The notes beneath the pieces are model-generated. The model worked only from the letters and a program-made list of their open reading frames with translations. It did not search any database and was not told the DNA's origin. This document shows, piece after piece, positions 27,082 to 36,190 of a stretch of DNA of 57,016 bases (positions are counted from its first letter, which is position 1; every line of letters begins with the position of its first letter). The position numbers were made by a program, and so were the translations under genes. Source of the DNA: Verrucomicrobiota bacterium (GTDB taxonomy: Bacteria; Verrucomicrobiota; Verrucomicrobiia; Limisphaerales; Palsa-1400); contig JBEKYR010000033.1 of NCBI GenBank assembly GCA_049510745.1, positions 1 to 57,016 of the forward strand. Reading direction: 5' to 3'.

Positions 27082-30000
27082 ATGGCAGCCAAAAAAAGTT
27101 CCAACGGTCCGCTCTTTGCGACCATTGACGGCAACGAAGCCGCCGCTTACGTGGCCTTCCGGACCAACGAGGTCATGGCCATCTACCCCATCACCCCCTC
27201 CTCACCCATCGCCGAATGGTGCGACCAGTGGGCCTCCGAAGGAAAACGAAACCTATGGGGGACGGTTCCCGCGATCGTCGAGATGCAGAGTGAAGGCGGC
27301 GCCGCCGGCGCCGTCCACGGCGCGCTCCAAACCGGCGCCCTGAGCACGACCTTCACCGCCTCGCAGGGTCTCCTGCTCATGATCCCGAACATGTTCAAAA
27401 TCGCCGGCGAACTGTTGCCGTCCGTCTTCCACGTGACGGCCCGCACGGTAGCCACGCACGCGCTCTCCATCTTCGGCGATCACAGCGACATCATGGCGGC
27501 GCGCTCGACGGGTTGGGCCATGCTCGGCGCCGCGTCCGTTCAGGAAACGATGGATTTCGCCCTGATTGCGCAGGCGGCGGCGTTGCGGGCCAGCCTCCCC
27601 TTTGTCCATTTTTTTGATGGCTTCCGCACCTCGCACGAGGTGGCCAAAATTCAACTCGTTCCCGACGAGGCCATGCGGGCGCTCATGGACGTGGGCTTGA
27701 TCGCGCAAGGGCGCGTCCGCGCGATGACCCCCGACCGCCCGGTCTTGCGCGGAACGGCCCAGAACCCGGATGCCTTTTTCCAGGGGCGCGAGGCAGCCAA
27801 CCCCGCCTATGCCGCCTGCCCGGACATCGTGCAGCAGGTCATGGACGAGTTCGCCCGCCACACGGGCCGCTCCTACAAGCTCTTCGACTACGTGGGCGCG
27901 CCCGACGCCGCACGCGTTCTGGTGATTATGGGCTCCGGCGCCGAAGTCGCGCAGGAGGCGGTCGAACACCTCAATCGCCGCGGCGAAAAACTGGGCCTGG
28001 TGAAGGTGCGGCTCTACCGTCCGTTTGACAGCGCCCGGTTCGTCCAGGCATTACCCGCCTCGGTCAGAGCCATCGCCGTGCTTGACCGCACCAAGGAGCC
28101 GGGGGCGGCCGGCGAACCGCTCTACCAGGATTGCGTGACGGCCCTGTTCGAACATCGTCTGGGCGGCCCGCGCCCGGCGGCTGAGATGCCCGTGATCGTC
28201 GGCGGCCGCTACGGCCTGTCCTCCAAGGAATTCACGCCCGCCATGGTCAAAGCCGTTTTTGACAACCTCGCCGCGCCGGCCCCGAAAAACCATTTCACGG
28301 TCGGCATCACCGACGACGTCTCCTTCACCAGCCTGCCGGTGGACGCGCAATTCTCCACCGAACCCGACGACGTTATCCGGGCGTTGTTCTACGGTCTTGG
28401 CGCCGACGGCACGGTGGGCGCGAACAAAAACTCGATCAAGATCATCGGCGAGAACACGCCCTATTGCGCGCAGGGTTATTTTGTCTATGACTCGAAGAAA
28501 TCCGGCTCGATGACCGTGTCGCACCTGCGCTTCGGCCAGCAGCCCATTCGTTCCAGCTACCTGATCACGCGCGCGAATTTCATCGCCTGCCACCAGCCGC
28601 TGTTCCTGGAGCGCTACGATATGTTGCGGGACCTCGTGCCGGGCGGCACGTTCCTGCTCAACTCGCCTTTTTCCCGGGAGGAAATCTGGCCGCGCCTCCC
28701 GACGCCGGTGCAGCAGGCGCTGCTGGACTGCAAGGCCCGGTTCTTTGTAATTGACGCCACGAGCGTCGCGCGCGCCAGCGGCATGGGCGGCCGCATCAAC
28801 ACCATCATGCAGGTGTGTTTCTTCGCCCTTTCGGGCGTGCTGCCCAGGGACGAGGCCGTCGCCGCCATCAAGGAATCCATCAAAAAAACCTACGGCAAAA
28901 AGGGCGATGAAATCGTCCAGATGAACCTCAAGGCGGTGGACAACACCCTGGCCAACCTGTTCGAAGTCCCGCTGCCCGGCCACGTCAACGGCGCCGGCGA
29001 ATTGCTCCCCTCGGTCACGCCGGACGCCCCGCCGTTCGTCCGGGACGTGCTGGGCAAACTGGCCGCCGGGCGCGGCGATGACCTGCCCGTCAGCGCGTTC
29101 CCGCGGGATGGCACGTTTCCGACCGCGACGGCGCAGTACGAGAAGCGCAATCTGGCCCTGGACATCCCGGTGTGGAACGAGGCGATTTGCATCCAATGCC
29201 TCAAATGTGTGTTCATCTGCCCGCACGCCACTATTCGGGCCAAAGTCTGCGAACCGGCGCGGCTGGAAGGCGCGCCCGCCACCTTCAAATCCGCCGCCGC
29301 CCGCGCGCCGGAGTGGAAGGGACTGCGTTTTGTGCTGCAAGTGGCGGCGGAGGATTGCACCGGGTGCGCCCTCTGCGTCGAAGTCTGCCCCGTCCGTGAC
29401 AAGACGGAGAACAAGCGCAAGGCGCTCAACGTGCGGCCCCAGGCCCCGTTGCGCCTGTCCGAGCGCGAGAACTGGAATTTCTTCCTGGGGCTGCCGGAAC
29501 TGGACCGGCGCAAAATCAACACCACCCTCCTGCGGCAGCAGCAGGTGATGCAGCCGCTCTTCGAGTTCTCCGGCGCCTGCGCCGGTTGCGGCGAAACGCC
29601 CTACCTGAAATTGCTCACCCAGTTGTTCGGCGACCGCGCCATCATCGCCAACGCCACCGGCTGCTCCTCCATTTACGGCGGCAACCTGCCCACCACGCCT
29701 TACGCGAAAAATGCCGACGGCCGGGGTCCCACCTGGTGCAATTCCCTTTTTGAAGACAACGCGGAGTTCGGCCTGGGCTTTCGCATCTCCCTGGACAAAC
29801 AACGGGAGCTGGCGGAGGAACTGGCGCGCAAACTCGCCGGCCCCCTCGGCGATGATCTGGTGGACGCGCTCTTGAAATCCAGCCAGGCCGACGAGGCGGG
29901 GATCGCCGACCAGCGCGCGCGCGTGGCCGTCTTGAAGCAGAAGTTGCGGGGGCTTGATTCTCCCGAGGCGCGGCTCCTCTTGAGCCTGGCCGATCAATTG

Positions 30001-30720
30001 GTCAAAAAAAGCGTCTGGATCGTCGGCGGCGACGGCTGGGCCTATGACATCGGCTACGGCGGGCTGGATCACGTGCTGGCCAGCGGACGCGATGTCAACG
30101 TGCTGGTTCTTGACACGGAAGTTTATTCCAACACCGGCGGGCAGATGTCCAAGGCCACCCCGCGCGGAGCGGTCGCAAAATTCGCCGCCGGCGGCAAGCC
30201 CGGCGTCAAGAAGGACCTGGGCCTCATCGCCATGGCCTGCGGCCAGGTCTATGTCGCCAGCGTGGCGATGGGCGCCAAGGACGATCAGACCCTCAAGGCC
30301 TTTGTCGAGGCGGAATCCTATCCCGGTCCGTCGCTGATCATGGCCTACAGCCATTGCATCGCCCACGGCATCGCGGTGGACGCCGGCGTCGGCGCCCGCC
30401 AGCAAAAGCTGGCGGTCGATTGCGGCCAGTGGCTCCTCTACCGTTTCGATCCGCGCCGGGCCGACCGGGGCGAAAACCCGCTGCAATTGGACTCCCCGCC
30501 ACCGAAGAGCGCCGTGCGGGATTATCTGCTTTCGGAAAACCGCTTCAAAATGCTGACCTTGAGCAAGCCCGACGCCGCCCGGCAGCTTTTCGCCCGCGCG
30601 CAGTCCGATGTCGAGAGCCGCCGGAGTTTTTACCAATTCCTGCAAAGCCGCAATCTCAAGGCGGAGGCCGCGCCGTCCGCGGGGCCTAAAACGTCCGCTG
30701 CGGCGGAGCCGGCCGCCTGA
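27082..30720 (+). CDS. nifJ: Pyruvate:ferredoxin (flavodoxin) oxidoreductase, homodimeric
   Basis: DGNEA, YPITPSS, MQSEGGAAG, GLGADGTVGANKN, two CxxCxxCxxxCP, FSGACAGCGETPY, GGDGWAYDIG, YSNTGGQ. Confidence 0.97.
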   Translation: MAAKKSSNGPLFATIDGNEAAAYVAFRTNEVMAIYPITPSSPIAEWCDQWASEGKRNLWGTVPAIVEMQSEGGAAGAVHGALQTGALSTTFTASQGLLLMIPNMFKIAGELLPSVFHVTARTVATHALSIFGDHSDIMAARSTGWAMLGAASVQETMDFALIAQAAALRASLPFVHFFDGFRTSHEVAKIQLVPDEAMRALMDVGLIAQGRVRAMTPDRPVLRGTAQNPDAFFQGREAANPAYAACPDIVQQVMDEFARHTGRSYKLFDYVGAPDAARVLVIMGSGAEVAQEAVEHLNRRGEKLGLVKVRLYRPFDSARFVQALPASVRAIAVLDRTKEPGAAGEPLYQDCVTALFEHRLGGPRPAAEMPVIVGGRYGLSSKEFTPAMVKAVFDNLAAPAPKNHFTVGITDDVSFTSLPVDAQFSTEPDDVIRALFYGLGADGTVGANKNSIKIIGENTPYCAQGYFVYDSKKSGSMTVSHLRFGQQPIRSSYLITRANFIACHQPLFLERYDMLRDLVPGGTFLLNSPFSREEIWPRLPTPVQQALLDCKARFFVIDATSVARASGMGGRINTIMQVCFFALSGVLPRDEAVAAIKESIKKTYGKKGDEIVQMNLKAVDNTLANLFEVPLPGHVNGAGELLPSVTPDAPPFVRDVLGKLAAGRGDDLPVSAFPRDGTFPTATAQYEKRNLALDIPVWNEAICIQCLKCVFICPHATIRAKVCEPARLEGAPATFKSAAARAPEWKGLRFVLQVAAEDCTGCALCVEVCPVRDKTENKRKALNVRPQAPLRLSERENWNFFLGLPELDRRKINTTLLRQQQVMQPLFEFSGACAGCGETPYLKLLTQLFGDRAIIANATGCSSIYGGNLPTTPYAKNADGRGPTWCNSLFEDNAEFGLGFRISLDKQRELAEELARKLAGPLGDDLVDALLKSSQADEAGIADQRARVAVLKQKLRGLDSPEARLLLSLADQLVKKSVWIVGGDGWAYDIGYGGLDHVLASGRDVNVLVLDTEVYSNTGGQMSKATPRGAVAKFAAGGKPGVKKDLGLIAMACGQVYVASVAMGAKDDQTLKAFVEAESYPGPSLIMAYSHCIAHGIAVDAGVGARQQKLAVDCGQWLLYRFDPRRADRGENPLQLDSPPPKSAVRDYLLSENRFKMLTLSKPDAARQLFARAQSDVESRRSFYQFLQSRNLKAEAAPSAGPKTSAAAEPAA

Positions 30721-30736
30721 ACCCGTTACCCCCCTT

Positions 30737-31747
30737 ATGGACCTGACTACCACCTATCTCGGGCTGAAGCTGCGCACACCGTTGGTCTGCGCGGCCTCGC
30801 CGTTATCGCAGCAGTTGGACAATCTCAAACGGATGGAGGATGCCGGCTCTTCGGCTGTGGTGTTGCATTCGTTGTTTGAGGAACAGTTGCGCCAGGACAC
30901 CCTCGAACTGGCGGGCAACGTTGAGCGCGGCACCTTCAGTTCGCCGGAGGCGCTGACCTACTTCCCGGAGCCGCCAGAATACAAACTGGGACCGGACGAA
31001 TATCTCGAGCACATCCAACGCGCCAAACAGACGGTGGGCATCCCGGTAATCGCCAGCTTGAACGCCTGCTCGCCGGGCGGGTGGACCCGCATCGCCCGCG
31101 GCATGCAGGACGCCGGCGCCGACGCGCTCGAGTTGAACATCTACCACATCCCCACCGACGCCAAACAAACCTCCGCCGACCTCGAGGCGATGTATCTGCA
31201 AATCGTGCGCGACGTGAATGCGGAAGTGACGATTCCCGTGGCCGTCAAATTAAGCCCGTTCTTCACCAATTTCTCCAACGTCGCCGCGCGGTTTGATGAC
31301 GCGGGCGCCGAAGGCCTGGTTCTGTTCAACCGGTTTTTCCAGCCCGACATCGACCTCGAAACACTGGAGGTGCGCCCGAATGTTTTGCCGAGCACGCCCA
31401 TGTCCATGCGGCTGCCGTTGCGGTGGATCGCGATTCTTTACGGCCGCGTGGCGGCCAGCCTGGCGGCGACCAGCGGCGTGTACGGCGGCGGCGACGTGCT
31501 CAAGCTGCTGCTGGCCGGCGCGGACGTTACCATGTTGTGCTCGGTGCTGCTGCGCGACGGCATCCGGCAGATCAGCGCCATCGAAGGGGACCTGGTTGCG
31601 TTGATGGAGAAGCACGAGTTCGATTCGGTGCGGCAGTTGAAGGGGAGCATGAGCCAGAAGAACTGCGCCGACCCATCCGCGTTCGAGCGCGCGCATTACA
31701 TGCGGGCGCTCACCAGCCCTATCGGGAAGCCGCCCGGACCGCCATAA
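30737..31747 (+). CDS. Dihydroorotate dehydrogenase-like FMN protein
   Basis: MDLTTTYLGL.L..P...ASP, SLFEEQ, IASLN, ELNIY, VKLSPFF, LFNRFFQPDID; lacks the SCP catalytic loop. Confidence 0.88.
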   Translation: MDLTTTYLGLKLRTPLVCAASPLSQQLDNLKRMEDAGSSAVVLHSLFEEQLRQDTLELAGNVERGTFSSPEALTYFPEPPEYKLGPDEYLEHIQRAKQTVGIPVIASLNACSPGGWTRIARGMQDAGADALELNIYHIPTDAKQTSADLEAMYLQIVRDVNAEVTIPVAVKLSPFFTNFSNVAARFDDAGAEGLVLFNRFFQPDIDLETLEVRPNVLPSTPMSMRLPLRWIAILYGRVAASLAATSGVYGGGDVLKLLLAGADVTMLCSVLLRDGIRQISAIEGDLVALMEKHEFDSVRQLKGSMSQKNCADPSAFERAHYMRALTSPIGKPPGPP

Positions 31748-31757
31748 AGCCCAACCC

Positions 31758-33785
31758 ATGATGCCCCAACTCACCACCTGCACTTTCTGTGGCACTGGCT
31801 GCGGCATCTATCTGGAAACGGCCGGCAACCGGATCGTCGGCGCCTATCCGAGCATGTCGCACCCCGCCAACAAGGGGAGGATTTGCGTCCGCGGCTGGCA
31901 CGTGCATGAAGTGGCCAGTTCCCCGGACCGCCTCACCAGCCCGTTGCTCCGCAAGAACGGCCAGTTCCAGAAAGTCTCCTGGGAGGAGGCCCTCGGCTTC
32001 GTCGCCTCGCGGCTCGGAGAAATCCGCGACCAATACGGCCCCGACTCGGTGGCGTTCCTGGATTCGCCCCGCTGCTCGAACGAGGAGGCCTACCTCCTGC
32101 AAAAACTGGCCCGCACCCTCATCGGCACCAACAACGTCGATCACGGCGCCGGCGTCTATTGCAACAATTCCATCAACGTCCTGCTCGACATGATCGGCGT
32201 TGCCGCGAGCACCAACTCCATCGGCGAACTGGCCCGCAGCGGGGTCATCATCGTGGACGGCGTTGACCTGGGCCGGCAACTGCCGACCATCGGCGGCTGG
32301 GTCATTCGCGCCAAACTCAACGGCGCCTGCCTCATCGTCGTTGATTCCCGCCGCCATCGGGTGGCGGAGAACGCCGACATTTTCTTGCAGATCAAACCCG
32401 GGACCGAATCCCTCCTTTACGGCGCGCTGGCCAAGGTCATCGTGGACCGCGGCCTGCTGAATCTGCCCTTCATCAAGGCCCGCTGCGAGGGCTGCGAAGC
32501 GTTTCTGGCGCGCGTGCGGGATTACGATCTGCGGCAGGCGGCCGAAGGTTGCGGCGTGCCGGCGGAGTTGATCGAGGCGGCGGCGCTGGCCTACGGCCGG
32601 GCGCAGAGCGCGGCCATCCTTTACTCGACCGGCATCGAAGGCCGCGAGGAGGACAGCATCCGCGGCATCATCAATCTGGCCCTGCTCACCGGCAACTTTG
32701 GCAAGGAAGGCGCGGGCGTGTTTCCCCTGACCGAGCACAATAATTTGCAGGGTGTATGTGACATGGGGATGTTGCCGGACCGGTTGCCGGGCTATCAGGC
32801 CGTCACCAATCCCAAGGCGCGCTCCGCGCTGGAAGGCCTCTGGCGGGCGACGCTTCCCGCCGCGCCCGGGGTGGGAGCCGACACGCTGTTCGCCGCCGGC
32901 GGGCACACGCCGCTGAAGGCGCTCTGGCTTGGGCGTTATGACCCCGTCAGCACGGCGTTTTTCGGCGACCCTGTCGAAGCGCTCCGCCGCTGCGAACTGG
33001 TCGTGGTGCAGCATTTGTTCATGACCGATTCCGCGGACTTCGCCGACGTGGTGCTGCCGACGACGCTCTTTGGCGAGGAACGCGTGACCTTCACCAGCAC
33101 GGAGAGACGGATTCAAATCGCCGAGCGCGTGATTGACCCGCCCGAGGGGCCGATGCCCGCCTGGGAACAACTGACCCGCCTGGCCCGCGCCATGGGCGCC
33201 AACTGGGATTATGCGTCCGCCGCGGAGGTCATGCAGGAGATCGGCCAGGTCATCCCCTTCTACAGCGGGGCCAGTCATGACAATCTCACGCGCGATTACG
33301 GCCGCCAATGGCCCTGCACCACCGACCGCCCCCTCGGCACCGCGCTCCTGTTTGCCGAAGAGGCAATGGAGCGGCCTTTCAAGTTTGTGCCCGTCGCCCG
33401 GCCGCCGAAACCGGCCGGAAATCCGGACGAATTCCCGTTCACCCTGGTCTTCGGGCAATCGCTCTACTACTGGCACCAGAATGTCCTCGTCAAGCACAGT
33501 GAAACCCTCAAGCGCGAATACCGTCTCTTGTTGCTGGATTATCCGAACGGCTTCGTTGAGATCAACACCGGCGACGCCGAGCGGTTGGGCATCCGCGACG
33601 GCGGCCGCATCCGGCTCAACACCGCCGGCGGTTCGCTGGCCTCCACCGCGCGGGTCACGCCCGAAGTGCGCGGCGGCACGGCGTTTGTTCCTTACTTTGT
33701 GCGGCAATTGAAACGGGAAATACTCGGCGCGACCGGCGGGGGCGGAGCGATCGTTCCGGTGCGCCTGGAAGCGGCGGGGTCGTGA
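31758..33785 (+). CDS. FdhF-like molybdopterin oxidoreductase family protein with degenerate active site
   Basis: CTFCGTGC...C [4Fe-4S] motif, DRL..PL, NEE.Y..QK..R..IGTNNVD, NLALLTGN.G..G.G, NNLQG.CDMG; catalytic motifs altered. Confidence 0.88.
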   Translation: MMPQLTTCTFCGTGCGIYLETAGNRIVGAYPSMSHPANKGRICVRGWHVHEVASSPDRLTSPLLRKNGQFQKVSWEEALGFVASRLGEIRDQYGPDSVAFLDSPRCSNEEAYLLQKLARTLIGTNNVDHGAGVYCNNSINVLLDMIGVAASTNSIGELARSGVIIVDGVDLGRQLPTIGGWVIRAKLNGACLIVVDSRRHRVAENADIFLQIKPGTESLLYGALAKVIVDRGLLNLPFIKARCEGCEAFLARVRDYDLRQAAEGCGVPAELIEAAALAYGRAQSAAILYSTGIEGREEDSIRGIINLALLTGNFGKEGAGVFPLTEHNNLQGVCDMGMLPDRLPGYQAVTNPKARSALEGLWRATLPAAPGVGADTLFAAGGHTPLKALWLGRYDPVSTAFFGDPVEALRRCELVVVQHLFMTDSADFADVVLPTTLFGEERVTFTSTERRIQIAERVIDPPEGPMPAWEQLTRLARAMGANWDYASAAEVMQEIGQVIPFYSGASHDNLTRDYGRQWPCTTDRPLGTALLFAEEAMERPFKFVPVARPPKPAGNPDEFPFTLVFGQSLYYWHQNVLVKHSETLKREYRLLLLDYPNGFVEINTGDAERLGIRDGGRIRLNTAGGSLASTARVTPEVRGGTAFVPYFVRQLKREILGATGGGGAIVPVRLEAAGS

Positions 33786-34873
33786 AGGCGCGCCTGGTTG
33801 ACCTCGCCGACGTTCTGAAGATCGTGGACCTGCTCCGCGCCCGCGCCTACGAGGTCATCGCGCCGTTCTGCGGGCGCGGGCGCGACAGCTACTTCGACAC
33901 CGTCACGGACGCGAATCGTCAGCGGGTGCAGATTCATTTGCCCAATCCGTACTACCCTCCCAAGCGTTTCGTCTTTCCGCACATCGAGCGCATGATGAAA
34001 GTCCGCGGGCCGAACGGCGCCATGAAAATTGAGCCGGCTTACGAGGAGCCCCGGCGCGCCCTCTTCGGCATCCGCTCCTGCGACGTGGCCGGGCTGTGGC
34101 ACCTGGACCGTTTCTATCTCGGCCGCGACTTCCGGGATGTCTATTACGAGAAGCGCCGCAAGAATCTCTTTTTGGTGAACATGGTCTGCACCGACCCGGC
34201 GCGCGACATCGGCGAGGACTGCTTTTGCCTGTGCGCCGACACCGGTCCGGCGGCCCGCGACCATTTTGATTTGCAGCTCATGGACCTGGGCGGCGGTGAA
34301 TTCATGGCCGTGGCCGGCACGCCCGCCGGCGAAGAACTTTTCTCCGAGCCGATTTTCCGCCAGGGCACGGCCGCGCATCTGGAACGCCGCCGCGCCATTC
34401 TGGCCGACGTGCGCAAGCAGTTCCGCACCACCACGAGCTGGTTTCCGGCCACCGTCCGCTATGTTTCGCAGGGCACGATCCTGGAAAAGACCTGGGAGGA
34501 AATCGGCAACCGCTGCCTGGAATGCGGCGGCTGCACTTATGTCTGTCCCGCCTGCACCTGTTTCACCGTTTCCGACCGCCAGGTGGGGCCGGAGGAAGTC
34601 GAGCGCGTGCGGATTTGGGATTCCTGCGGCCTGAGCGGCTTCACGCGCATGGCCGGCGGTTTCAATCCCCGGCGCGCGGTGCATGACCGCCGCAACCGCC
34701 GCCTCTTCCGCAAGCTGGCGCAGTACTTCATCGAGCGCGAATTGGCCATGGCCTGCGTCGGCTGCGGCCGTTGCGCCGCCGTTTGCCACGGCGACATCGG
34801 CATGCCCAGCGTGGTCGAAATGATCCGGCGCGCCGCGCCGGAGACAGCCCAAAATGAACCCGCCCGACACTGA
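33782..34873 (+). CDS. 4Fe-4S dicluster protein, AsrA / sulfhydrogenase beta-like
   Basis: FGIRSCD, C...CFC, W....RCLECGGCT.VCPACTCF, R.WDSC....FT.MAGG.NPR, CVGCGRC...C; GTGA overlap. Confidence 0.88.
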   Translation: MKARLVDLADVLKIVDLLRARAYEVIAPFCGRGRDSYFDTVTDANRQRVQIHLPNPYYPPKRFVFPHIERMMKVRGPNGAMKIEPAYEEPRRALFGIRSCDVAGLWHLDRFYLGRDFRDVYYEKRRKNLFLVNMVCTDPARDIGEDCFCLCADTGPAARDHFDLQLMDLGGGEFMAVAGTPAGEELFSEPIFRQGTAAHLERRRAILADVRKQFRTTTSWFPATVRYVSQGTILEKTWEEIGNRCLECGGCTYVCPACTCFTVSDRQVGPEEVERVRIWDSCGLSGFTRMAGGFNPRRAVHDRRNRRLFRKLAQYFIERELAMACVGCGRCAAVCHGDIGMPSVVEMIRRAAPETAQNEPARH

Positions 34874-35702
34874 AAACATTTATCTGCCGAAGCTGGCGGT
34901 CCTGGACCGGGTGGTGGACGACATCCCGGAGGTGAAGACCTTTTATTGGCGGTTCGAGGAGGAGGCGGCGCAGGCGCAGTTCAAACACTTCCGCCCCGGA
35001 CAATTCGCCCAGATTTCCGTCTTCGGCGTGGGCGAATTCCCGGCCTCCCTTCCCCCCAGCCCCACCGAGGAGGAAACCTTCTTCACCATCCGCCAGGTCG
35101 GCAGTTGCACCTCCGCGCTCCATCAACTCAAGCCCGGCGGCAAGTTCGCCGTGCGCGGCCCTTACGGCAATGGTTTTCCGATGCAGGATTACGCCGGCAT
35201 GAACCTCACCTTCGTCGCCGGCGGCATCGGCCTGATTCCCTTGCGTTCCTGCATTGTCTATGCGCTCGATCACCGCGCGCAATACGGGCGCATCCAGGTT
35301 TTTTACGGCGCAAAAACCCCCGGCGAACTGATGTACCTGCCCGATTTGCGCGCGTGGGAAAAGTCCGGCGCGATGGAGTGTCACCTCACGGTGGACCGCG
35401 CCGCCAACGGCTGGAACGGTCACGTCGGCGTCGTCGGCAGTCTTTTCCAGAAGAGCGGCGTGGACGTGCCGGTGGACAACACCATCGCCTTCGTCTGCGG
35501 CCCGCCGGTCATGTTCCGCTTCGTCATCAAGGACCTGCTCGCCCTCGGTTTCAAGGAGCGCCACATCGTCTCCACGCTCGAGCGTTACATGAAATGCGGC
35601 GTGGGCAAGTGCGGCCATTGTTGCATCGGCGTCGCCTATATCTGCGTGGACGGTCCTGTGTTCACCTACGAACAAATCAAAAAACTTGGGGAGGACATCT
35701 GA
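34854..35702 (+). CDS. FAD/NAD(P)-binding [2Fe-2S] protein, AsrB / sulfhydrogenase gamma-like
   Basis: PGQF...S..GVGE.P.S, VRGPYGNGF, AGGIGL.PLRS, CGPP.M, LER.MKCGVGKCGHC......C.DGPVF. Confidence 0.92.
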   Translation: MNPPDTENIYLPKLAVLDRVVDDIPEVKTFYWRFEEEAAQAQFKHFRPGQFAQISVFGVGEFPASLPPSPTEEETFFTIRQVGSCTSALHQLKPGGKFAVRGPYGNGFPMQDYAGMNLTFVAGGIGLIPLRSCIVYALDHRAQYGRIQVFYGAKTPGELMYLPDLRAWEKSGAMECHLTVDRAANGWNGHVGVVGSLFQKSGVDVPVDNTIAFVCGPPVMFRFVIKDLLALGFKERHIVSTLERYMKCGVGKCGHCCIGVAYICVDGPVFTYEQIKKLGEDI

Positions 35703-36190
35703 TGGCCGGCTTGCGCGAACAAATTCAGTCCTCTCTTCGCGGCCGCGTCTGTTTCATGGGCCTGGGCAACGTGGACGGCGGCGACGACGGCTTTGGGGTG
35801 CGGCTGGCGGAAGCGCTCGCCCGCGCCGGGGTGCCCGACGTGGTCATCGCCGCAACCGCCCCCGAGCAACTGGCCGGCCGTTGTGTTGACAATGGGTTCG
35901 ACCATCTGGTCTTCCTCGATGCCGTGGACTTCGGCGCCGCGCCCGGCTCGGTGGTCTTCCTGAATTCACGGGAAATGGCCGCGCGCTTTCCACAGATTTC
36001 CACGCACCACATTTCGCTGGGAATGCTGGCGAAGTACGTTGAAACCGGCGGACGTTCGCGGGCCTGGCTCCTGGGCGCGCAACCGGCGTCCTTGAAACCC
36101 GCGACCGCGCTTTCGCCCGCCATCCGTTCGACGCTGGACGTCCTCGCCGAACTGATGGCCAGCGTCGTGAGCGAGGGAATTGCAACATGA
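35702..36190 (+). CDS. hycI: Hydrogenase maturation endopeptidase, HycI-like
   Basis: GLGN...GDDGFG, APE, DAVDFG..PG, STH..SL, LG.QP; TGATG coupling. Confidence 0.85.
   Translation: MAGLREQIQSSLRGRVCFMGLGNVDGGDDGFGVRLAEALARAGVPDVVIAATAPEQLAGRCVDNGFDHLVFLDAVDFGAAPGSVVFLNSREMAARFPQISTHHISLGMLAKYVETGGRSRAWLLGAQPASLKPATALSPAIRSTLDVLAELMASVVSEGIAT

Noticed and set aside
28051..30753. 900-aa minus-strand ORF (also 31719-33707, 35725-37356, 37450-39312)
   Set aside because: Mirror ORFs of well-supported plus-strand enzymes.
31758..33785. Calling this gene fdhF or a selenoprotein
   Set aside because: No in-frame TGA, and the Cys/Sec-His and catalytic Arg motifs are absent, so no gene symbol was assigned.
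34946..35701. Long N-terminal extension of HycI in the ORF track
   Set aside because: Overlaps the AsrB-like gene out of frame; true start is ATG 35702 with RBS gagga and TGATG coupling.
33782..35702. Anaerobic sulfite reductase or group 3b sulfhydrogenase
   Set aside because: No AsrC siroheme subunit and no group 3b alpha/delta subunits in the operon.
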